Source of the DNA: Camelus ferus
Taxonomy: Eukaryota
Assembly: GCF_009834535.1 (NCBI RefSeq)
Contig: NC_045696.1
Coordinates: forward strand, 71,736,001 to 71,800,000
Direction: 5' to 3'
DNA: 64,000 bases
How positions within the stretch are numbered: position 1 is the first letter of the stretch; each line of letters opens with the position of its first letter. Under the pieces are notes generated by a model that was given only the letters and a program-made list of their open reading frames with translations, did not search any database and had not been told where the DNA came from. The translations under genes were made by a program, and so were the position numbers. Below, piece by piece: positions 39,706 through 50,689 of this stretch.

Positions 39706-40700
39706 TGTATTAATCAGAGTTCTCCAGACAAACAGAACCAAAAGAATATATGTATGTGTATATATATATAATGGTTAATTTTATGTGTCAACTTGACTGG
39801 GCTAAGGGATGCCCAGATAGCTGGTAAAATTATTATTAACTATTATTTTTAAATGTGTCTATGAGGGCGTTTCTGGAAGAGATTAATTGGGGGGGGGGTG
39901 TTATTTATTTATTTATTTTAGTGGAGGTACTGGGGATTGAACCCAGGACCTTGTGCATGCTAGGCATGCACTCTACCACTGAGCTATACCCTCCCCTTGA
40001 GGAGATTAACTTTTGAATTCATGAACTGAGTAAAGCAGATTGACCTCCCCAGTGTGAGTAGGCATTCATCTGATCTAAAGTTGAGTGCCTGAATATAACA
40101 AAGAGGCAGAGGAAGGGTGAACTCTCTCTCCCTCTGCTTCATCTGGGACATCCATCTTCTCTTGTCCCTGGACATCAGTGCTCCTGGTTTTGGGGCTTTC
40201 AGACCCAGATCAGGACTTAAGTCATCAGTACCTCCATTCTCTGGCCTTGGACTTGGATTGAATTACACCACTAGCCTTCCTGGTTCTTCAGCTTGTTGAT
40301 TATTTATTATAATAAATATCTTTATATATATATCTATATCTGATTGGTTCTGTTTCTCTGGAGAACTCTGATATATAGATGTAGATATAGATAAAGAGAT
40401 TTATGATAAGGTATTTGCTCATGCGATTACAGAGGCTGAGAAATCTCACAGTCTGCCCTCTGCAGCCTGGAGACCCAGGAAGGCTGGTGGTGTAGTTTGA
40501 AGCCCTCAAAGCCAGATAGCCCATGTTGTAGATTCTTGCTGGAGTCTGAAGGCCTGAGAGCCAGGAGCACTGAGGGCAGAAGACCAGTGTCCCAGCTCAG
40601 CAGTCAGACAGAGAGAGAGTATAAATTCCCTTTTCCTCCACATTTTTGTTCTATTCAGACCCTTGGTGGATTGGATGATGCCCACCCACACTGGGGAGAG
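39706..40700. mobile_element. Nested MLT2 (ERVL) LTRs: outer copy at 39706-39769 plus 40376-40700, inner opposite-orientation copy at about 39770-40375
   Basis: Inner copy starts atggttaattttatgtgtcaacttgactgggctaagggatgcccagatagctgg and ends ggttctgtttctctggagaactctga. Outer halves read as the reverse complement of the same family. Confidence 0.82.
39887..39996 (-). mobile_element. Vic-1-like SINE inserted in the inner MLT2 LTR
   Basis: Near-consensus tRNA-like head, (TTTA)n tail, and gagattaa repeated on both flanks. Confidence 0.9.
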
Positions 40701-43700
40701 CGTTTTGGACAAGCCAGGATGGTTGGTTGTTCTACATTTGACTCAGTTCTTATGGCAGTGCAGTAATATTTCAGTTAACCAAAATATTTTATATACCTAG
40801 TTTACTGAAAAAGGCAAATCACAGAAAATGTATTAATATTAGAGCTTATTTAAAAAAAATACCATATCAACCACAAAACTACTCTGGTATTTTGGGATCA
40901 GAACACATTTACTTCAGTCTCTTACACATATATATTTATATTTAGTCATATTCAAGATGTCAGGTTTGACTCATCAAAAATTCAATTATGTGTGTTACAA
41001 GGGAGCTAATAAGATTGGAAAATGAAGGAATATGGTGTTAAGATATATTCCATACCAAAAGAGAATGAATTTTGTGGCATGAACATTGATCTCAAAGTCA
41101 GAAGACTTTGAATCTTAACTCTGCACATAGAGGGTGACTTTGGTCAAGTTATTATTATTTTTTAATCATCTCTGAGGATTAGTTTCCTCATCTATAAAGT
41201 GGAAATATTATCACCACCCTGGTTGTGAGGATGGTTGCAAGGATTATGTGAAATAGTATTTATGCAGCTAACGCATCATTAGACCTTAGTGTTAAGAAGA
41301 ACGGTAAGGATTAAAACAGCCAAGGTTACTAAAGAAATACATTGTTCAGAATCCCCATTTCCTATGCATTTGGTTTAGTTGAGGTTTTGAACATTTTGTT
41401 AAACCAGATAGGGTGGGGAAAAAACACAAATCTACCATATTTGATACTACTGAGTGATACCCTATGGGAGGGACTATATTCAAAATCATTGTCATGATTC
41501 ATTAACTCTTCTTTCTGAACTGTGGCCTGTACACAGTTGTGTGAAGAGACACAGTCCTTTACATACACAGGTATATTCCCAGCAGATCCTACCCTGTTTA
41601 CCCAGATGCTCTGGTCTTGGGCTTTGGTCTGCAGGGGGCTGAGTGAGTAGCATTTGCCCTCAGTCTAGCTGGGGAAGCCACATATGCTGGCAGCTGCTTT
41701 CCTCATAGATCAAAGGACATCCTGTATTTTTGTACTGTGTTATATTTGCTGAGCCTCTCCCAGCTCCACCTTGCTTAAGAGCCCTGGATGTTCCCTCCAA
41801 GCATTCTTTAATAATTGTTTGTTTTAAAGAAAAAAGAAAAGAAATAGAAAATACAAGTAACAGCAAAATATATGAAATAAAACTGCCACAAGGTACAAAC
41901 GGATCTGCTGTGAGAAAAAAAATTGAAGGGGAGCCATGAGATGGGGCTAAGGGTATGAGTATTGGTATCAGAGAGCTCTGAGTTTGAAATCTGGTTGTGC
42001 TAGTGTGACATCAGGCAACTTATGTTATTTTTATCAGCCTTTGTTTCCTCATCTGTAAAGTGGAGATAATATCTATTTCACAAGATTAAATGAGATAAAA
42101 AGTAAATATGCCTGACAAATGATAGGAACTCAAGATATAGTAGCTATTATTGACTAAAATATAATGATTTATATTTATGTTGTTATTAATGTCGGTTTGT
42201 TTTTGCTGTACTACGGAATTTGTTTTGGTCATTGTTGTAGCCTCTTCAATCAGTGCCTGATGCCTACTGAGCACTCGATAAGTATGAATTTTTGTTTTTG
42301 AATTGCATAATATTTTTCCTTTTTCACTACTTGAATTTATTTAATTCCTTGGGTTTTTTTTAAACTGAGTTACAGTTTACATAAAGTATATAAATCACAA
42401 CTGTATAGCTTGATGAATATTCACCAGTTTATATTCCATGTAACAACCACCCAGGACCAGGGTATAGAATGTTTCTCTGAAGGTTTCCTCCTGCTTCTTT
42501 TCTACCAATATCTGCATTCCTATGCCCTCCATCCTGCCCCAGGAAACTACTATTCTGACTTTTATCACCAGTGATTAGAAATTTTTTTTTCAATTTGGAA
42601 GCTAAGCAATCACCTCTAAATAATCCATAGACTAAAAAAGAAATCATAAAGGGAGTTAGAAAATATTTTTAGCTGCACAATAATGAAAACAATATATTAA
42701 CATTTATGTGATGTAGCTAAAGCAGTGTTTAGGAGGGAATGATAGCTTTAAACACTTATAATGGACAAGAGGGAAGGTTTAAAATCAATGATCTAATCTT
42801 ACGCCTTAAGAAGTAAAAAAAAAAAAGACAATGGCAATTAAACCCAAAAGAAGGAGAAGGAAGGGAATTGTAAAGAAAAAAGAAAGAAGGGAAGAAAGAA
42901 TGAGAGGGAAGAACGAAGGAAGATGAAAGAGAAACCAGAAGAATAATAGAGTTCCAATTTAATTCCACGGTGATCAAAAATATACCCTGTATGATTGCAG
43001 TTCTTTAAAATTTGTTGAAATTTGCTTTAAAGCCTAGGATAATGGAATATTTTGATGAATGTCCCATGCACATTTGAAAAGAATGTGTGTTGTGTAATTC
43101 TTGGCTGCTGAGTTCTTCAAAGTCAAGTCTATATCCTTGCTGATTTTTTGGCTGTTTGTTCTATCAGTTATTAAGAGAGAAGTGTTAAAATCTTTAACTT
43201 TGATTGTGGTTTTATCTATTTTTCTTTTAGTTCTGTCAGTTTTTATTAATATATTTTGAATCAATGTTATTGCATACATACACATTTAAGATTGTTATAT
43301 CTACCTGATAATCTGACTCTTATTTTTATGAATCATTTATCTCTGCTAATACTCCTTGTATTTGACCCTACTTTTTCTAATATTAATATAGCCACACTGG
43401 CTTTATTATGATTAGTGATTTCATGGTACATCTTTTACCATTCTTCTTCTTTTTTTAACCCCCAAAGCAAAAGCCCTTTATTCTTCAAATAGGTCATTTT
43501 ATGAATATTATAAAAGATTACCTCTTAAAGGAATATTAATGTGAGCTTGGTGTCTGTACTTACGTGCATGGCCATGCTTTTAATCTATCTCTGCCTTTAT
43601 GTTTAAAGTGTAGTCACTATCTCTTATAATTAGTATTTTCACTCTGACACTATTTGCCTTTTAAATGGAGTCATATAGACCATTTCCACTTAATGTGATT

Positions 43701-43779
43701 ATTGAGATTGGTTGGATTTAAATTTACCATCTTGCTGTTTGTACCATCTGTAACTTTTTCCTTACTTCTCCTTTCCTGC

Positions 43780-44133
43780 CATATTAGTCAGCTCTGACTG
43801 CCATAACAAAATACCATCCACTTAAGCAGCAGAAATTTATTTTCTCATGGTCCTAGAGGCTAGAAGCCTTAGATCAAGATTCCAGCTGATTCTATTTCTG
43901 GTGAAGGCTTTCTTCCTGACTGCAGATGACTGTATTCATGCTATGTTCTCACATGGCAGAGAGAGTTCTGGTGTCTCTTCCTCTTCTTATAAGGGCAACA
44001 GCCCTACCCTTAGGACCTTATTTAACCTTTATCACCTTGTTGCAGAGGTGATTGCAGACCCTTTCCCCATTTGCAGTCACACTGATAGAGCTTCAATATA
44101 AGAATTTTGGGGGGATGCAATACAGTCTTTAGT
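43780..44133. mobile_element. MaLR solo LTR (MLT1A-like)
   Basis: tattagtcagct..ctgccataacaaaatacca..gaaatttattttctca..tggtgtctcttcctcttcttataagggca. Confidence 0.8.
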
Positions 44134-44222
44134 ACCTGCCGTTTTTGAATTATTCACATATTTTCAGTATTCCACTTTATCTCCTCTATTAGATTTTAAG
44201 CAATGGTTTCTCTGGTGTTAAA

Positions 44223-44280
44223 GTGTGTATCCTTGTGTATATATATATACATATGTGTGTATCCTTGTGTATATATATAT
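44223..44280. repeat. Tandem duplication with a 32-bp period: gtgtgtatccttgtg(ta)n, two copies
   Basis: Units start at 44223 and 44255; read directly. Confidence 0.9.
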
Positions 44281-44819
44281 AATATAAAATGTTTAATACT
44301 TTATTATTATTTTTGCTTTGAATAGTCAATGGTCTTTTAGTGAAATAGAAAACACAGTTGATAATATTTATCCACATATTTAATGTTTACAGTGCCCTTC
44401 ATTCCTTCTTGTAGCTTCAGGTTGCCATATGGGATTTTTACTTTTAGGAATATTTATTTACCTATTATTAGAATAGGTGACCACCACTTCTTACGTTCTC
44501 CAGTATTTGCTCAGTGTGGATACCGGTCTTGACTTTCTCTGGAATTTGTTCACTTACCTGTCTTTGTCTTCAGGTTCTCTAATGTTTTTAAGAACAAATA
44601 CAAGTTTTAAATTTAAGCAGGATTTTTTTTTTTTTATAAAAAAATGAAAGTCTTCCTAAAACTCATTTTCAGGCTGTTTATTTTCCTTGCACCTTCATGC
44701 TTTCAACTTCATTCAGTCTGGAAAACATCCTTTAATATTTCTTGGAGTATATGTTTACTGGCAATAAATTCCCTCAGCTCTAGTTGTCTGGAAATGTCCT
44801 TATTTCACCTTCATTTTTA

Positions 44820-44928
44820 TTTTATTTAAGTAATTAATTAATCAACTTTTATGGAGGTCCTGGGGATTGAACCTAGGAACTCATGCATGCTAAGTATGGG
44901 ATCTACCACTTAGCTGTTTCTCTTCCCA
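44820..44928 (-). mobile_element. Diverged Vic-1-like SINE with a 12-13 bp TSD
   Basis: ggaggtcctggggattgaacctagg..catgcatgctaag..ctaccact. TSD accttcattttt at 44807-44818 and 44931-44942. Confidence 0.85.
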
Positions 44929-47067
44929 CTACCTTCATTTTTAAAAATATATTTTCAATGGGTATAGAATTATAAATGAGTAGTCTTTTCAGGTCACTAC
45001 TCTGAAGATATTTCATTGGATTGTAGCTTCCATATTTCCTATTGAAAAGTCAGTGATTATTTTTAATGTTATTCTTCTGATGGTAATGTGTCTTTTTTTA
45101 ACTGGTTGCTTTTAATATTTTCTCCTTATCTTTAATTTTCAGCCATTTGGCTTTGATATGCCTAAGTGAGTTTATATTTATCCTGCTTAGTATTGAAAGA
45201 GCTGCTTGAATTTGTGAGTTGATGTCTTTGATCAGATATGGAAAATTCTTCATTATTATTTAAAGTATTGTTTCTGTAACATACTCTCTCCTCTCCTTCT
45301 GAGACTTCTGTTCATCTCCCACATCTCCTTTACATTCTGTTCTTTCCATTTTCCCCGTGCTTCCGTTTTTAATTGATCTGTTTTCAATTCTACTTATCCT
45401 GTCTTCTGCTGTGTTCAACTGGCTATTAAACAAATTCAGTGACTTCCTAGTTTCAGATATTGGTGTTTTGTAATTCTAGAGGGTTCATTTACTATGGATT
45501 CTAATTCTCTGTTAAAATAACATTATATTCAAAAAGATTCAAAAACATTCTTTTAATCCATTTTGTCTACTCTTTTCTCTGTTTTCTTTAACATGTTGAT
45601 CATAGTTATTTTGAAGTTTTTGTCTGCCAAAACCAGGATCATCTTTGAGTCTGTATCTATTGACTATCTTATCTATTAATTATTATTTTTTCCTGCTTTT
45701 TTGCATTTTTATTAATTTTTAATTTTATGCTGGATATTATAGATGGTATGTTGTGGAGACTTATCTACTTACTGAAAGTTTTGAGTTTTAATCTGATAGG
45801 CAGTTAAAATACTGGTGGATCTCCTTGATCTTTTGGAGGCTGATTTTAGTTTTCCTTAGGGCAAGTTTGTTTCTGTTTTGTCCTTACTCCTGGAATGTAA
45901 CCTTAATTCTATAGAAACTCATATGGCATTTCATTTATCCTAGAAGATGGCCTTTTTAGAGTTTCACCTGAATGCCCAGGGAGTTCATCAAAGTCTGTCT
46001 ATTCTGGCTGGACCCAAACACCAGTTGTCTCTCCCCAGAACTATGCAAGCTTCATAACTTCTCATCAGTTCTGACATGTGCAGTTGCTGTTCGCTGCCAG
46101 CCTCCTGGAGTCTCACCTAAAATTAGAAGGCCCAGGAGTTGGCTAAGCATTAAAGGGGAATTTCCATGAAAACTCCTAGGGTTCCCTCTCTGAGGCTTCC
46201 CTGTCTTGACAGTCACTCTGCTCAATTCCTGGCCACAGGATTAATCTCTGCTCTCTGCCTGTTCTAACCAGTGAGACCACCCTTTCTTGCATTATCACCG
46301 GGCCTGGAAAATGTCCCCAGTGAGAGAACCTGGGTTAGTATTGGTCTGTGATAATGGGTTGGCCCAGTAATGCTTACTTCAGATCAGCTACTTACGTTTT
46401 CTTGCAGAGTTTGCTTAGATCTTCTGCCTTATTTGCATTCAGACACTTTTTAGGGTAAAGCTCACCTTTTATCCAAAATTAGAGACTTACTGAAGGTTTA
46501 CTATAGGCCAGCTACTTTTCATGACCTTGATCTCTTTTAATCTTCATGATAAGTACATAAGAAATCATCATAATAGTACTGCTTACACAATATTACCAAG
46601 TGCCAGGCATTATTCTGAACATTTTATACCCCTATACTATATATACTCATTTAATCTTCACATCACCCCTACAGATTGGTGCTGTTACTGTTCCTACTAT
46701 ACAAATGAGGAGTCTGGGAAACTACAGAATTTAAGTAACTTCCCCCCACAAAATACACAATATATAAATATTAGAATTCATGTGTCAAACCTAGACAGTC
46801 TGGCTAGAATTCAGAGTTTGTGCTCTTAACCACTTCACTATTGGTGGTATTTTTCTCATCTTATAGATAAGGAGACAGAGTCAGAGAGGTTAGGCAGTCA
46901 CCTCAAGTCTCAGTGCTAATAAGTGGCAGTGCTAGGATTTGAACCAGGTGCCAAAGCTCTGGCTCTTTCCTCCCATAGTTACTCCCAAAGAGAGAGAAGA
47001 AAAATGTTTTCCCTTTGAGGATTTTTGTTTAAACAAAAATTGTGACAATTTAGTGGGAACTTAAGCA

Positions 47068-47134
47068 GGGACATTATGCTGTACACCAGAAATTGACACA
47101 ACATTGTAAACTGACTATACTTCAATTAAAAAAA
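47068..47134 (+). mobile_element. Very short L1 3' terminus
   Basis: tgctgtacaccagaaattgacacaacattgtaaactgactatacttcaattaaaaaaa. Confidence 0.7.
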
Positions 47135-47663
47135 GGGGGGCCCAAACAGCTTTTTTCGGTTGTTCTTAATGAAGGTGATATCTTCTCATGCCTATGGTTT
47201 CTGGTGGTTTATGGTCAGATACTGGAAGGGAGTTACTTTTTCCCACTGATGTGTGTCCTTTCCAAACACCTCTACTACTGAGTCCTAGGGAAGGATGTTG
47301 CTAGCTCCCTGAATGTCAGTCTTGGGAGTGGAAAGATGGCCGAGCTCAACCTCGAGGTCCCCTGCTTACAATGGGACATGTAGTGCTTGACTGGTGTTTC
47401 CTACAGTTGCCAGCCAGAAGCAGAACCCTGGAAAGGTTTGAGACACCAAATATTTCTGCTTTGTTGAGGCTGCCTGGCTAAGATGAGGAGAGGAAGCTGG
47501 TTCCTTTGTCAGGGAAGTCAGGCCCGGTTATCCCCTCACACTGTGCGTGGTATTTACACTGCAAGCCTGGAGTAACATGGAGACAGTAGAATCTTTCTGC
47601 TTAGGAAGCCACACAGAACCTATGTATTTCACTGTCTCTGACCCTGACCACCCTTTATTGCAG

Positions 47664-47754
47664 TGTGGAGGCTGCCAGCATCGGATTCATCATTGTTATC
47701 GACAGACGAAGGGACAAGTGGAGCTCCATAAAAGCATCCTTGACACGAATAGCT
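47664..47754 (+). CDS. MCF2L2: MCF2L2 coding exon (probably exon 4), 91 nt, phase 2-0: (S)VEAASIGFIIVIDRRRDKWSSIKASLTRIA
   Basis: Acceptor ctttattgcag|, donor GCT|gtaaat. Contains the family motif GFIxVIDRRRDKWSS. In frame with flanking exons. Confidence 0.94.
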
Positions 47755-47872
47755 GTAAATATTTATTTTTGTGCTATTACTATAAAGGTAATTTAAATTG
47801 TCTATTCAACTATTTCACATCAAAGTCACGGGGACATGGCAGTTATTGTATGCCAAATTTTGTTAAGGTCTT

Positions 47873-48310
47873 TGTAGCAGAGGCTGTTGCGTCACATCCA
47901 TAGCCCCTCTGCCACCTAAAGGTCACTTGCAGAAGATTCCTGAGCATGACAAAGGCTTCCTGAGTCTCTCTACCTTATTGACCTCTCTGGTCACTGGGAA
48001 GAGCAGGGAGAGGGTGCTGGGAAATCAGCACTTCAGGAGTGACCTGAAACTACTGAGTATAGGAGTTGGTGGATAAATACCCCTACTTCTGCACCTCTCA
48101 GCAGGACAATTCTGAGCTATGTTCCACACAGTATCTCCAAGGGTCCCAGCCCTTGTTGCCTATAGCAGTCCCCCTTCATTGACACATTGACTCTCTAGCC
48201 ATCACTGTCTCATCAGCATCCCCCTACTCCCTAACTGTGTTTCCTAGGATCACCTCTTCAGTAATCCTCATCTTCAGGTTTGCTTTGGGCAAATCACCCA
48301 ATTTAAGACA
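47873..48310. mobile_element. ERVL LTR16-like solo LTR, about 120 bp downstream of the third exon in the window
   Basis: TG...CA termini (tgtagcagaggctg ... cccaatttaagaca); internal ggagttggtggataaatacccc and cctaggatcacctc motifs. Confidence 0.7.
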
Positions 48311-50069
48311 GTCTTCATTTTCATATTCAAATTATTTTTTCACATATTAGAAAGACATTGGCAAAACCAGACAAAATGATATGGTGTGTGCTTGCTTTTG
48401 GCATTAAATTGTGCAACCTTGGATGGATTTCCTTTTTCATCTTATAGTCTGATTTTGACCCCTATTTGTTGCCTTTCAGCAAGTACATCCATCCTTTCTC
48501 TGTAGGGACCTGAGACCAGGGAACTCAGCCACATGATCAGGCAGAGACACCTCAGGGCCAGCCACACCAGCCTATCCACAAAAGCATGGCTCCCTGGAGC
48601 AGTTTGCACTGGCTGAAGGAGATAGGATAGGGTAGGGTGGTCATGTAGAGGCTAGGATGGAAGAGGGACATTTGAAACCTCAGTTCTGCCTACTTACAGA
48701 AGCACTCACACATATGGACATGGACACCTACAGAGTGTCTCTCAGATCTCTTTGAAGCCTCATCCAAATACACAAATAGTGTCTCAGGTCATTGGTTCCA
48801 TCATGACATAACAAAATGCAAGGGTCTTCTGTTTAGGAGCTTGCATTTCAAAGATGAGGGAAAGGAAGACTCCCTTCTCTTTGTGCATGGATTGTTTTGT
48901 CCCTGTGGTTTAGTTTTGGTTATGGTATTTATCTGGGGCATAACTACAATGATGGTTGATGTCCTGACAGTGCCCATGACTATTCCAGAGGTCTGGCCTC
49001 TAGAGAATTCTGGTTTCCCAGGGTTCATAGACGATACTTGAGTCATCTAATGCTTGAGCCTAATTTGTCCAAGAATTACATCGATCCCCTACATGCGTAA
49101 AAGATGTTGTAGTGGAGGGATCCAAAAGCCTGACTGCCATCAGAATCTTTTCATGAGCTTGTTTAAAGTACAGATATCTGGGCTTTATCCCAGTCCCAAT
49201 GAATCAGAATGTTTCAGGGTAAAGACCAGATTATTTTTTAACAAGCACGTCAGGAGGTTGTTCCTGGGAACTACTGGAAGAATGGAAAGCCATAAGCAAT
49301 AGGAGATTTGGATTCCCAATTTTGCCAGTAAGTTGTTATATCGATCTATGTTATCTCATTTCTCAGAATCTTCTCTGGATCAAGATGAAAGCAATGCTTC
49401 CTGAAAGCAACTTAGGAATAACATGCATTAAGAATTCTTAAAATACTAAGTCTTTGACTCAGTAGTTCTTCTAGGAAGTTATCCTAAGGAAATGTTCCAA
49501 AATGTGGATAAAGATTTAATTTAAGTGCTATTTTATAGTAATAAAAATATGGAGAAGCCTAAATCACTAGCAATAAGGGATTGGTTAAATAAATTGTACA
49601 CTCATAAAATTATTTCCAAAGAATTTTTAATAACAGAAATAAAAGCTCATGGTATAATATTAAGTGAAAAGGTAGTTTCCAAAATATTTCTACAGTATGA
49701 GTTTAACTATGATAAAGATATTTAAGCAGAGAGAATAGCCTAGAAGTAATTAGACTAAAATATTAAGAACAGCTATGAAATTATGAGTGATTTTCTTTTT
49801 CTAATGTATACTTTTATTAATTTCTCAATTTTTCTATAAGGAGTATAAATTATTTTTATCATCAGGAAAATTATGTATTTGGTTTGGTTTTTAAGGAGGG
49901 GTTTGAATTATATAACTAGTAAGATCTCCTTCAGCTCTGAATTCCTGTGAAATATGTTCTCATTCTTTGCCATCCATGGTGTCCACCTTAATTTTGTCAT
50001 CTGTAATCTTGGGCAAGAGGAGACTAACAATTGTGACATTTGCCCTGACACTTTTTATGATCCTTTCAG

Positions 50070-50189
50070 GTAGCATTTCCAGGAAACTTGCAGCTCATAT
50101 TCATTCTTCGTCCATCTTGCTTTATCCAGAGAACATTCACTGACATTGGCATTAAGTTCTATCGAGATGAATTTAAAATGAAAGTGCCG
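50070..50189 (+). CDS. MCF2L2: MCF2L2 coding exon (probably exon 5), 120 nt, phase 0-0: VAFPGNLQLIFILRPSCFIQRTFTDIGIKFYRDEFKMKVP
   Basis: Acceptor tcctttcag|, donor CCG|gtaagc. Contains the SEC14-domain motif FPGNLQLIFILRP. Confidence 0.95.
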
Positions 50190-50689
50190 GTAAGCATGAC
50201 CCTTCATCTTGTCTGCATTTACTTAGGGCATGTAGAGAAGACGGCGTGTGAGCTGGGTTTATAAAGAAGGTGGGACTCCTCAGACAGAGAGGGAGAGGGG
50301 CATTCTGGGCAGAGGGAACAGTATGTGCAAGGGCTTGGAAGCAGAAGTGTGCACTTTATGTGAGGTCCGTGAGGGAGCTCCATTCTTGTTGGAAGTACCT
50401 ACAGGATCATCTTTTGGAAGAAAAGGTAGGAAACATGGAATAGGTCTTAGGTGTAAGGATGAAGACTCTGGATTTTATTCAATAGGGCAGTGGGGATCCG
50501 GTGCAGGTTTTTGAGTTGAGGAGTGACTTGGGTAAAGGGGTACTAGAGCAATATAAATGCAGTGGTGTTATATAAAAGGTGGTGTCAAATACTGAAGAAA
50601 GAGATTGAAAAAGAAAGAGAAATTGTCATAGTATGGGTAAAGGAAAATAAGAATCTAAAATGTGCACATGACAAATATAGGCAACTACA

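Larger units (their letters stand above)
42950..45900 (-). mobile_element. Old L1 tract (endonuclease region and upstream), multiply interrupted
   Basis: ORF 43034..43285(-) resembles the L1 endonuclease (TI.V.DFNT.L...DR...QKISKD). Antisense L1 motifs resume after each insertion. Confidence 0.7.

Noticed and set aside
50067..50073. cagGTAG, a possible alternative acceptor 4 nt downstream
   Set aside because: It would shift the frame, the proximal AG gives the conserved peptide, and nothing indicates usage.
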